Origin: Nemertoderma westbladi
Taxonomy: Eukaryota > Animalia > Xenacoelomorpha
DNA: 64,000 bases
Reading direction: 5' to 3'
Assembly: GCA_032718475.1 (NCBI GenBank)
Contig: JAUCBJ010003471.1
Span: 12,830 to 76,829, forward strand
Shown: one piece after another, positions 49,501 through 58,577 of the stretch
Position numbering within the stretch: position 1 is the stretch's first letter
Layout of the letters: every line of letters starts with the position of its first letter
Position numbers and translations under genes: made by a program
Notes under the pieces: model-generated
The model's database searches: none
Told to the model about the DNA's origin: nothing
The model's input: only the letters and a program-made list of their open reading frames with translations

Positions 49501-52500
49501 AGACTGAAAGTCAGCACTCCAAAACCTTGAAGGGTTCGACAATGAAAGTCAGCACTCCAAAACCTTGAAATGATTGAGAATGAAAGTCAGTACTCCAAAA
49601 CCTTGAAGGTTCTAGAATGAAAGTCAGTACTCCAAAACCTTGAAGGTTCGAGAATGAAAGTCAGCACTCCAAAACCTTAAAGGTTCGAGAATGAAAGTCA
49701 GCACTCCAAAACCTTGAAAGGTTCGAGAATGAAAGTCAGCACTCCAAAACCTTGAAATGATTGAGAATGAAAGTCAGCACTCCAAAACCTTGAAATGTTC
49801 GAGAATGAAAGTCATCACTCCAAAACCTTGAAAGGATTGATACTGAAAGTCAGCACTCCAAAACCTTGAAAGGATTGATACTGAAAGTCAGCACTCCAAA
49901 ACCTTGAAAGGATTGAGAATGAATGTCAGCACTACAAAACCTTGAAAGGATTGATAATGAAAGTCAGCACTCCAAAACCTTGAAAGGTTCGAGAATGAAA
50001 GTCAGCACTCCAAAACCTTGAAAGGATTGATACTGAAAGTCAGCACTCCAAAACCTTGAAAGGATTGAGAATGAATGTCAGCACTCCAAAACCTTGAAAT
50101 GATTGAGAATGAAAGTCAGTACTCCAAAACCTTGAAAGGTTCGAGACTGAAAGTCAGCACTCCAAAACCTTGAAAGGTTCGAGAATGAAAGTCAGTACTC
50201 CAAAACCTTAAAGGTTCGAGAATGAAAGTCAGCACTCCAAAACCTTGAAATGATTGAGAATGAAAGTCAGCACTCCAAAACCTTGAAAGGTTCGAGAATG
50301 AAAGTCAGTACTCCAAAACCTTAAAGGTTCGAGAATGAAAGTCAGCACTCCAAAACCTTGAAAGGATTGAGAATGAATGTCAGCACTCCAAAACCTTGAA
50401 ATGTTCGAGATTGAAAGTCAGCACTCCAAAACCTTGAAATTGTTCGAGAATGAAAGTCAGTACTCCAAAACCTTAAAGGTTCGAGAATGAAAGTCAGCAC
50501 TCCAAAACCTTGAAATGTTCGAGAATGAAAGTCAGCACTCCAAAACCTTGAAATTGTTCGAGAATGAAAGTCAGTACTCCAAAACTTTAAAGGTTCGAGA
50601 ATGAAAGTCAGCACTCCAAAACCTTGAAAGGAATGAGAATGAAAGTCAGCACTCCAAAACCTTGAAAGGATTGAGAATGAATGTCAGCACTCCAAAACCT
50701 TGAAAGGATTGATAATGAAAGTCAGCACTCCAAAACCTTGAAAGGATTGAGAATGAATGTCAGCACTCCAAAACCTTGAAAGGATTGATAATGAAAGTCA
50801 GCACTCCAAAACTTTGAAAGGTTCGAGAATGAAAGTCAGCACTCCAAAACCTTGAAATTGTTCGAGAATGAAAGTCAGTACTCCAAAACCTTGAAGGTTC
50901 GAGAATGAAAGTCAGCACTCCAAAACCTTAAAGGTTCGAGAATGAAAGTCAGCTCTCCAAAACCTTGAAATGTTCGAGAATGAAAGTCAGTACTCCAAAA
51001 CCTTGAAGGTTCGAGAATGAAAGACAGCACTCCAAAACCTTGAACGTTCGAGAATGAAAGTCAGCACTCCAAAACCTTAAAGGTTCGAGAATGAAAGTCA
51101 GCACTCCAAAACCTTGAAGGTTCGAGAATGAAAGTCAGCACTCCAAAACCTTAAAGGTTCGAGAATGAAAGTCAGCACTCCAAAACCTTGAAGGTTCGAG
51201 AATGAAAGTCAGTACTCCAAAACCTTGAAAGGATTGAGAATGAATGTCAGCATTCCAATCCAAAACCTTGAATGGATTGATAATGAAAGTCAGCACTCCA
51301 AAACCTTGAAAGGTTCGAGAATGAAAGTTAGCACTCCAAAACCTTGAAAGGTTCGAGAATGAAAGTCAGCACTCCAAAACCTTGAAAGGTTCGAGAATGA
51401 AAATCAGCACTCCAAAACCTTGAAAGGATTGATAATGAAAGTCAGCACTCCAAAACCTTGAAAGGATTGATACTGAAAGTCAGCACTCCAAAACCTTGAA
51501 AGGTTCGAGAATGAAAATCAGCACTCCAAAACCTTGAAAGGATTGATAATGAAAGTCAGCACTCCAAAACCTTGAAAGGATTGATACTGAAAGTCAGCAC
51601 TCCAAAACTTTGAAAGGTTCGAGAATGAAAGTCAGCACTCCAAAACCTTGAAAGGATTGATAATGAAAGTCAGCACTCCAAAACCTTGAAAGGTTCGAGA
51701 ATGAAAGTCAGCACTCCAAAACCTTGAAAGGATTGATACTGAAAGTCAGCACTCCAAAACCTTGAAAGGATTGATACTGAAAGTCAGCACTCCAAAACTT
51801 TGAAAGGTTCGAGAATGAAAGTCAGCACTCCAAAACCTTGAAAGGATTGATACTGAAAGTCAGCACTCCAAAACCTTGAAATGTTCGAGAATGAAAGTCA
51901 GCACTCCAAAACCTTGAAAGGTTCGAGAATGAAAGTCAGCACTCCAAAACCTTGAAAGGTTCGAGAATGAAAGTCAGCACTCCTAAACCTTGAAAGGATT
52001 GATACTGAAAGTCAGCACTCCAAAACCTTGAAATGTTCGAGAATGAAAGTCAGCACTCCAAAACCTTGAAATGATTGAGAATGAAAGTCAGCACTCCAAA
52101 ACCTTGAAAGGTTCGAGACTGAAAGTCAGCACTCCAAAACCTTGAAAGGATTGAGAATGAATGTCAGCACTCCAAAACCTTGAAGGTTCGAGAATGAAAG
52201 ACAGCACTCCAAATTCTTGAAAGGTTCGAGACTGAAAGTCAGCACTCCAAAATCTTGAAATGTTCGAGAATGAAAGTCAGCACTCCAAAACCTTGAAAGG
52301 TTCGAGAATGAAAGTCAGCACTCCAAAACCTTGAAAGATTCGAGAATGAAAGTCAGCACTCCAAAACCTTGAAAGGTTCGAGACTGAAAGTCAGCACTCC
52401 AAAACCTTGAAAGGATTGAGAATGAATGTCAGCACTCCAAAACCTTGAAGGTTCGAGACTGAAAGTCAGCACTCCAAAACCTTGAAAGGATTGAGAATGA

Positions 52501-53558
52501 ATGTCAGCACTCCAAAACCTTGAAAGGTTCGAGACTGAAAGTCAGCACTCCAAAACCTTGAAAGGATTGAGAATGAATGTCAGCACTCCAAAACCTTGAA
52601 AGGTTCGAGAATGAAAGTCAGCACTCCAAAACCTTGAAAGATTCGAGAATGAAAGTCAGCACTCCAAAACCTTGAAATGATTGAGAATGAAAGTCAGCAC
52701 TCCAAAACCTTGAAAGGTTCGAGACTGAAAGTCAGCACTCCAAAACCTTGAAAGGATTGAGAATGAATGTCAGCACTCCAAAACCTTGAAGGTTCGAGAA
52801 TGAAAGACAGCACTCCAAATTCTTGAAAGGTTCGAGACTGAAAGTCAGCACTCCAAAATCTTGAAATGTTCGAGAATGAAAGTCAGCACTCCAAAACCTT
52901 GAAAGGATTGATAATGAAAGTCAGCACTCCAAAACCTTGAAAGGATTGATACTGAAAGTCAGCACTCCAAAACCTTGAAAGGATTGATAATGAAAGTCAG
53001 CACTCCAAAACCTTGAAAGGATTGATACTGAAAGTCAGCACTCCAAAACCTTGAAAGGATTGATAATGAAAGTCAGCACTACAAAACCTTGAAAAGTTCG
53101 AGAATGAAAGTCAGCACTCCAAAACCTTGAAAGGTTCGAGAATGAAAGTCAGCACTCCAAAACCTTGAAATTGTTCGAGAATGAAAGTCAGCACTCCAAA
53201 ACCTTGAAAGGTTCGAGACTTAAAGTCAGGACTCCAAAACCTTGAAATGTTCGAGAATGAAAGTCAGCACTCCAAAACCTTGAAAGGTTCGAGAATGAAA
53301 GTCAGCACTCCAAAACCTTGAAAGGTTCGAGACTGAAAGTCAGCACTGAACGTAAGTACTCCACTCTTAGAGATCAAAATCCTCTGAGAAAATCGAGTAA
53401 CGAAAGGCAGCGAATCCGCGAGAAAATACCAATAAAGTGTACAAGAAGGACTCACCATTCTGGTTGCTAAGGTAATTAATGTAGGCCAATACGAGGTCTT
53501 CCTTAGCTCCGTACTTCTTCATTCCCAGTTCAAATATCTTGAATGTGATTTGGGGATC
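10679..53558 (-). CDS. CSTF3: Cleavage stimulation factor subunit 3 (CstF-77 / suppressor of forked), last 8 coding exons; 5' part lies beyond the window
   Basis: Manual join 53558-53456, 19193-19124, 13502-13406, 13123-13025, 11941-11809, 11702-11547, 11092-10939, 10736-10679. All introns are GT-AG with matching phases. Translation [12 protein letters not shown]...[17 protein letters not shown]...[11 protein letters not shown]...[10 protein letters not shown]...PGGIFP...[12 protein letters not shown] matches the recalled metazoan CstF-77 C-terminal half. Confidence 0.96.
10939..11092 (-). CDS. CSTF3: CSTF3 exon ([11 protein letters not shown]...[18 protein letters not shown])
   Basis: Acceptor ttttattcgttag, donor gtttgt, 154 nt open frame, phases fit both neighbours. 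Poorly conserved basic/acidic linker. Confidence 0.82.
11547..11702 (-). CDS. CSTF3: CSTF3 exon ([14 protein letters not shown]...[18 protein letters not shown])
   Basis: Acceptor ccttacag, donor gttcgt, 156 nt. Proline-rich CstF-77 segment. Confidence 0.93.
11809..11941 (-). CDS. CSTF3: CSTF3 exon (DVRNTN...[18 protein letters not shown])
   Basis: Acceptor ctttactctag, donor gtaagt, 133 nt. P.PD..QM.P motif. Confidence 0.92.
11975..12447. repeat. 23-bp minisatellite AAAAAGTCAGGTAGTTCGTGTAT, ~20 near-perfect copies, with degenerate ~21-bp relatives to ~12660
   Basis: Read directly. It lies in a CSTF3 intron and ends ~35 nt from the acceptor. Confidence 0.95.
13025..13123 (-). CDS. CSTF3: CSTF3 exon ([33 protein letters not shown])
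   Basis: Acceptor ctttactag, donor gtaagg, 99 nt, phase 0-0. Confidence 0.95.
13406..13502 (-). CDS. CSTF3: CSTF3 exon ([32 protein letters not shown])
   Basis: Acceptor tttcttacag, donor gtttgt, 97 nt. HAT-repeat motif. Confidence 0.95.
14560..15965. repeat. ~147-150 bp diverged tandem repeat, ~9-10 units, with CGCCCCCTAGCGGC core
   Basis: Core at ~14993, 15140, 15287, 15434, 15582, 15729, 15879. Alternating A/B units give a ~294-bp higher-order period. Confidence 0.9.
16387..16510. repeat. (GACA)n microsatellite
   Basis: About 30 units read directly. Confidence 0.98.
16608..17457. mobile_element. MITE with 18-bp TIRs and probable 8-bp TSD (P- or hAT-like)
   Basis: CAAGGTGTACTAAATAAC ... 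GTTATTTAGTACACCTTG is a perfect TIR pair. Flanks AGTGGATG / AGGGGATG match 7 of 8. Confidence 0.8.
19124..19193 (-). CDS. CSTF3: CSTF3 exon ((E)[22 protein letters not shown])
   Basis: Acceptor tgttttcgcag, donor gtgagt, 70 nt. Highly conserved [13 protein letters not shown]. Confidence 0.96.
20048..20300 (+). mobile_element. tRNA-derived SINE with Nin-domain-like centre
   Basis: A box TGGTGTAGTGG (20055-20065) and B box GGTTCGATCC (20098-20107). Downstream GCCTTGCATCCTTAAGTGGTAGCTAAATGAGTACTGG resembles the recalled Nin/Deu SINE domain. Confidence 0.7.
22601..22806 (+). pseudogene. Decayed LINE (CR1/L2-group) ORF2 C-terminal fragment
   Basis: [12 protein letters not shown]...[13 protein letters not shown], then stop/frameshift, then [16 protein letters not shown]. 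This is the typical post-RT motif VRP.LEY...VW..LE.VQ..FTR..Y..RL..LGL. Confidence 0.75.
22820..22950. repeat. (ATATC)n microsatellite
   Basis: About 23 units read directly. Confidence 0.98.
23787..25084. mobile_element. Foldback element with ~470-bp terminal inverted repeats
   Basis: ACACCGGGCTTGAACCAA... and ...TTGGTTCAAGCCCGGTGT. The arms stay complementary inward to ~24258 / ~24615. Confidence 0.9.
25895..26031. repeat. ~20-21 bp tandem repeat GAATAATTGTTTTTGGGGGAT
   Basis: About 6 units read directly. Confidence 0.85.
26296..27997. mobile_element. Mutator/MULE-like non-autonomous element
   Basis: Long (~200 bp) TIRs GCGTATTCCCAATCCTTAC... / ...GTAAGGATTGGGAATACGC. Exact 9-bp TSD GACCCGTCC at 26287-26295 and 27998-28006. 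Confidence 0.88.
29053..30303. mobile_element. hAT-family non-autonomous element
   Basis: TIR CAGGGGCGGATC / GATCCGCCACTG. Exact 8-bp TSD CCACTCCT at 29045-29052 and 30304-30311. Confidence 0.92.
31056..35265. repeat. GC-rich 27-31 bp minisatellite CCTACACCA(G/C)CCGGGCCCCCACCATTA(GA), ~140 units
   Basis: Read directly. Unit variants change along the array and the plus strand is strongly C-skewed. Confidence 0.97.
35747..37995. repeat. 17-bp AT-rich satellite TTAGATATTAGTTATAG, ~130 units
   Basis: Read directly. Almost no C on the plus strand. Begins ~230 nt after the otopetrin stop. Confidence 0.97.
38225..39817 (-). CDS. OTOP: Otopetrin-family proton channel, single coding exon (~530 aa), nested in the CSTF3 34-kb intron
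   Basis: About 12 hydrophobic segments in two halves. Signatures [13 protein letters not shown]...[15 protein letters not shown] and C-terminal [11 protein letters not shown]. The track start 39832 is TTG; the first ATG is at 39817. Confidence 0.9.
   Translation of the reverse strand: MMNTEAVGDVIPLPVKGRADNDFTTWLSIATSVFYGGFLASLGVAMVIMASMDPSLWDNLVVFLLIITSVGIATGIYLLGVLYPDRRQGNNPFDPHTGNIYLKVATVVFGLGEVIHCVRKPVLILTRESFHQGITYVLWYVLQGILAVVQTLVVCLYSETRVSRTRATSSRFCLLHLVSVNIIGWFGLVASEAMAGVADSHKQNNVLGLFGLLQEDVSDLVDHSYASLIAMSIEFKVAIACFFLMMWMNIGVNKPFGSSNYRVKMHWKVVKQLVKSNRGGLLPGFAIVIGDFALLVCCRFLLSVDNIYIYLPIYHAVLLSLMIVSVVSIVIVLMSLIRFHHRHAEFHELMDVVLLLFSLLITVTSGITICYAIILVLPDNPFNPSSLAIFIFEVLQVSIQAIFLLEAMKRGHRICGPMGRRNCGDKQLITLVFFLNLCFWMHSISEMERPIYHPGILSYFDRRTWAIIRYTTLPFPIFYRFHSTAVLFDIIQHSFIEESRVVGKRKANSCLAEDNISMEVVGKKSDVTDC
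40925..42617. repeat. Patches of ~20-45 bp tandem repeat CCAATATAGAATAATAATACCCATGGTACACCCCCTTT
   Basis: Blocks at ~40985-41237, 41690-41950 and 42535-42617, separated by unrelated inserts. Confidence 0.85.
42122..42190 (+). mobile_element. tRNA-like SINE head or tRNA pseudogene
   Basis: A box TAGCTGAATGG and B box AGTTCGATCC with tRNA-like spacing, but the stems do not pair into a cloverleaf. Confidence 0.5.
43328..53347. repeat. 38-bp satellite GAAAGTCAGCACTCCAAAACCTTGAAAGGTTCGAGAAT, ~10 kb, ~260 units, with higher-order structure
   Basis: Read directly. Rare variants recur at 4210-bp and 4133-bp offsets. Confidence 0.98.
53456..53558 (-). CDS. CSTF3: CSTF3 exon ([34 protein letters not shown])
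   Basis: Acceptor ttttattgtag, donor gtgagt, 103 nt. The phase-1 end joins 19193 to give ...QN-E-DNNTR. Confidence 0.96.
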
Positions 53559-53938
53559 CTACAATAAAATAAATTTTAAATTTATTGTGAGACTCGTTCA
53601 TGTTGCCTTGGTAACTTGACACGAAATACAAAGTACAATCAATGTTTGTAGTCAAGGAATGACGTTTTGGAATCACTTACCTGCCAATAAATAGCCTTTA
53701 GTTAATTTATTTTAAACTTGCTTTGAAGGGCCCATAAACTATTTTCTCTCTAAAAACTCATTGCACTCAACTTTAAACTTATATACGAACAAACTATACA
53801 ACTAATTTAACATTACAGGCTTCAGCTGCAGTGGCTTACTTACTTACCTTATTATTTAAAATAGTATTCCATCTATACCGACACTATATAATATATTAGC
53901 TATGAAGATGTACAGCTGATGTAGATGTATACGGCAAT

Positions 53939-54614
53939 GTAGATGTGGTGGCTTACCTTACTAGTAGTAGTACTTCCATCAAGAGCTATGTAAATGTGGT
54001 GGTTTACCTTACTACAGTAGTACTCCATCAACAGCTATGTAGATGTGGTGGTTTACCTTACTACAGTAGTACTCCATCAACAGCTATGTAGATGTGGTGG
54101 TTTACCTTACTACAGTAGTACTCCATCAACAGCTATGTAGATGTGGTGGTTTACCTTACTACAGTAGTACTCCATCAACAGCTATGTAGATGTGGTGGTT
54201 TACCTTACTACAGTAGTACTCCATCAACAGCTATGTAGATGTGGTGGTTTACCTTACTACAGTAGTACTCCATCAACAGCTATGTAGATGTGGTGACTTA
54301 CCTTACTAGTAGTAGTACTTCCATCAAGAGCTATGTAAATGTGGTGGTTTACCTTACTACAGTAGTACTCCATCAACAGCTATGTAGATGTGGTGGTTTA
54401 CCTTACTACAGTAGTACTCCATCAACAGCTATGTAGATGTGGTGGTTTACCTTACTACAGTAGTACTCCATCAACAGCTATGTAGATGTGGTGGTTTACC
54501 TTACTACAGTAGTACTCCATCAACAGCTATGTAGATGTGGTGGTTTACCTTACTACAGTAGTACTCCATCAACAGCTATGTAGATGTGGTGGTTTACCTT
54601 ACTACAGTAGTACT
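53939..54614 (-). repeat. 49-bp minisatellite derived from a CSTF3 exon 3' end plus 5' splice site, block 1 (~14 units)
   Basis: Minus-strand unit CACCACATCTACATAGCTGTTGATGGAGTACTACTGTAGTAAG|GTAA(A/G)C reads HHIYIA / LMEYYCSK plus a donor. Confidence 0.92.
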
Positions 54615-56007
54615 CAGCCCTCCCAGCCAAAAAAATCGAGAAAAAAAAGGAAAAAAGGATTTTATATTTTCAAAAAAAAAGGAAAAAAAGGATAGGATGC
54701 AGTTAAAAAAAAAGGAAAAAAAGGATCGGATACAGTTCAAAAAAAATGGAAAAACTGAATAGATATTATCTTTACAAAAGTAATAGTAAACATTATGTCT
54801 TTAGTGCTGTTTCTTGATTCTATTTCATTAACTTTACTGTTTATACTATGAAGAATCCCATTAAGAAACGACACTGTTTTAAATGACAGGAAGATATCAA
54901 AGAAAGTTAAAAAATATAAACACGCAGGAAAGAGAACAAAGATCAATGGCAATATAGTTAATATTAATTATAGTTAATATATTAATATTATTATACAGAT
55001 ATTTTCACCTTTTCTGCCTAGTTATCAGAGATGGTCGAGTTCCGCCGATTGATGGTCACTCATTGATAGAGGTTTATCAAACGATTGTAAATATAACTTT
55101 AGTTTGAAAGTGATATAAAAACTTTGGAACGGATTTCCGGTCGCGGCTACATTTATTTAAATAACAAAACTGCTTTTAGACGCAATCAAAATTCAACCAT
55201 CTCCAGGGGAAAACAGATGCAAATATCAGCCGATAACGAGCAAAAATGAAACTGCAACCGTGTTATAGACTTTCTTTTATTGTTTTGGTTAGAATAGACT
55301 GCCACTGCAACCTGTTCCTTTCCCTAAATTGAAAATCATCATTGTTAATTCACAAAGGCGGGTTTTGCGTCAATTATAATAAATCACACGCTAAAAATGT
55401 AGCTGTGGAGAGAACTTTAATATACATATTTTCTGAGACAGAGACAGCCTCTGTCTCAGAAATAAATATATTAAAGTTCTCTCCACAGCTACATTTTTAT
55501 GGTAGCTTAGCTTGTGATTTTTTGTCGATAAAATATCTAATCAAAATATAATAGGCATATGCCCGTCAATCTCTGTTATAACCTTGTCAATATCAGCAGC
55601 AAGCTGAAATTTCAGTTTATCTGCCAATGATTGCTGGGATCTAATGATTTCCATTGGTACCGGTACCGTTAAGTATGATTGCAGATAACAGGAAAATCAC
55701 TTGTCCCGTACATTGTTATATTTGTTTAGTACCAAGTCAAGGACTACTATACTGATAGTCAGACAGTGGTACAGTACCGGTAATTGATTAGACTGCAAGA
55801 CCTGTCCAGCTGTCTCCGCGATGCCTTGTACTGAATAGAATATGTTACACTTACAGCAGGCTATTTTCTGAACTAAAAAAAGGAAAAAAAGGTGTGAAAA
55901 TGGACAAAAAAAAAGGAAAAAAGGAAACATTCTAAAAAAAAAGGAAAAAAAGGAAACGTTCTAAAAAAAAGGAAAAAAAAGGAAAAAAGGAAACTCTGGG
56001 AGGCCTG
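54615..56007. mobile_element. Non-autonomous TIR element inserted in the 49-bp array
   Basis: TIR CAGCCCTCCCAG / CTGGGAGGCCTG (11 of 12). AGTACT is duplicated at 54609-54614 and 56008-56013. Subterminal AAAAAAAGG repeats at both ends. Confidence 0.85.
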
Positions 56008-58577
56008 AGTACTCCATCAACAGCTATGTAGATGTGGTGACTTACCTTACTAGTAGTAGTACTTCCATCAAGAGCTATGTAAATGTGGTGGTTTACCTTA
56101 CTACAGTAGTACTCCATCAACAGCTATGTAGATGTGGTGGTTTACCTTACTACAGTAGTACTTCCATCAACAGCTATGTAGATGTGGTGGTTTACCTTAC
56201 TACAGTAGTACTCCATCAACAGCTATGTAGATGTGGTGACTTACCTTACTACAATGTGGTGACTTACCTTACTACAGTAGTACTCCATCAACAGCTATGT
56301 AGATGTGGTGGCTTACCTTACTACAGTAGTACTCCATCAACAGCTATGTAGATGTGGTGGTTTACCTTACTACAGTAGTACTCCATCAACAGCTATGTAG
56401 ATGTGGTGACTTACCTTACTACAATGTGGTGGCTTACCTTACTACAGTATTACTTCCATCAACAGCTATGTAGATGTGGTGACTTACCTTACTACAATGT
56501 GGTGGCTTACCTTACTACAGTAGTACTCCATCAACAGCTATGTAGATGTGGTGACTTACCTTACTATAATGTGGTGACTTACCTTACTACAATGTGGTGG
56601 CTTACCTTACTACAGTAGTACTCCATCAACAGCTATGTAGATGTGGTGACTTACCTTACTACAATGTGGTGACTTACCTTACTACAGTAGTACTCCATCA
56701 ACAGCTATGTAGATGTGGTGGCTTACCTTACTACAGTTGTAGTACTCCATCAACAGCTATGTAGATGTGGTGGCTTACCTTACTACAACAGTTGTAGTAC
56801 TCCAACAACAGCTATGTAGATGTGGTGGCTTACCTTACCACAGTAGTACTCCATCAACAGCTATGTAGATGTGGTGGCTTACCTTACCACAGTAGTACTC
56901 CATCAACAGCTATGTAGGTAGATGTGGTGACTTATCTTACTACAGTAGTACTCCATCAACAGCTATGTAGATGTGGTGGCTTACCTTACTACAGTAGTAC
57001 TCCATCAACAGCTTATGTAGATGTGGTGGCTTACCTTACTACAACAGTTGTAGTACTCCAACAACAGCTATGTAGATGTGGTGGCTTACCTTACCACAGT
57101 AGTACTCCATCAACAGCTATGTAGGTAGATGTGGTGACTTATCTTACTACAGTAGTACTCCATCAACAGCTATGTAGGTAGATGTGGTGACTTATCTTAC
57201 TACAGTAGTACTCCATCAACAGCTATGTAGATGTGGTGGCTTACCTTACTACAGTAGTACTCCATCAACAGCTTATGTAGATGTGGTGGCTTACCTTACT
57301 ACAACAGTTGTAGTACTCCAACAACAGCTATGTAGATGTGATGGCTTACCTTACCACAGTAGTACTCCATCAACAGCTATGTAGATGTGGTGGCTTACCT
57401 TACTACAGTAGTACTCCATCAACATTCAACAGCTATGTAGATGTGGTGGCTTACCTTACTACAGTAGTACTCCATCAACAGCTATGTACTTATGTAGATG
57501 TCGTGGCTTACCTTACTACAGTAGTTCTCCATCAACAGCTATGTAGATGTGGTGACTTACCTTACTACAGTAGTACTCCATCAACAGCTATGTAGATGTG
57601 GTGACTTACCTTACTACAGTAGTACTCCATCTAACAGCTATGTAGATGTGGTGGCTTACCTTACTACAGTAGTACTCCATCTACAGCTATGTAGATGTGG
57701 TGACTTACCTTACTACAGTAGTACTCCATCAACAGCTATGTAGATGTGGTGGTTTACCTTACTACAGTAGTTCTCCATCAACAGCTATGTAGATGTGGTG
57801 ACTTACCTTACTACAGTAGTACTCCATCTAACAGCTATGTAGATGTCGTGGCTTACCTTACTACAGTAGTTCTCCATCAACAGCTATGTAGATGTGGTGG
57901 TTTACCTTACTACAGTAGTTCTCCATCAACAGCTATGTAGATGTGGTGACTTACCTTACTACAGTAGTACTCCATCTAACAGCTATGTAGATGTCGTGGC
58001 TTACCTTACTACAGTAGTTCTCCATCAACAGCTATGTAGATGTGGTGGCTTACCTTACTACAGTAGTACTCCATCAACAGCTATGTAGATGTGGTGGTTT
58101 ACCTTACTACAGTAGTTCTCCATCAACAGCTATGTAGATGTGGTGACTTACCTTACTACAGTAGTACTCCATCTAACAGCTATGTAGATGTCGTGGCTTA
58201 CCTTACTACAGTAGTTCTCCATCAACAGCTATGTAGATGTGGTGGCTTACCTTACTACAGTAGTACTCCATCTACAGCTATGTAGATGTGGTGACTTACC
58301 TTACTACAGTAGTACTCCATCTAACAGCTATGTAGATGTGGTGGCTTACCTTACTACAGTAGTACTCCATCTACAGCTATGTAGATGTGGTGACTTACCT
58401 TACTACAGTAGTACTCCATCAACAGCTATGTAGATGTGGTGGTTTACCTTACTACAGTAGTTCTCCATCAACAGCTATGTAGATGTGGTGACTTACCTTA
58501 CTACAGTAGTACTCCATCTAACAGCTATGTAGATGTCGTGGCTTACCTTACTACAGTAGTTCTCCATCAACAGCTAT
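56008..58577 (-). repeat. 49-bp CSTF3 exon/donor-derived minisatellite, block 2 (~50+ units)
   Basis: Same unit, with donor variants GTAAGT, GTAAGC and GTAAAC and some internally deleted ~24-bp units. Confidence 0.92.

Noticed and set aside
44886-53458. ORFs in the 38-bp satellite; likewise 33927-34127, 16134-16571, 12417-12677 and 40926-41959
   Set aside because: Low-complexity translations of tandem repeats.
55932-58433. Many short ORFs in the 49-bp array, including MMEYYCSKVNHHIYIA
   Set aside because: They are repeat translations. No unit I read has HHIYIA in frame with LMEYYCSK or an upstream acceptor, so none is the functional exon.
43328-58577. 38-bp and 49-bp arrays as CRISPR arrays
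   Set aside because: Units are head-to-tail with no unique spacers, there are no cas genes, and the context is a spliced eukaryotic gene.
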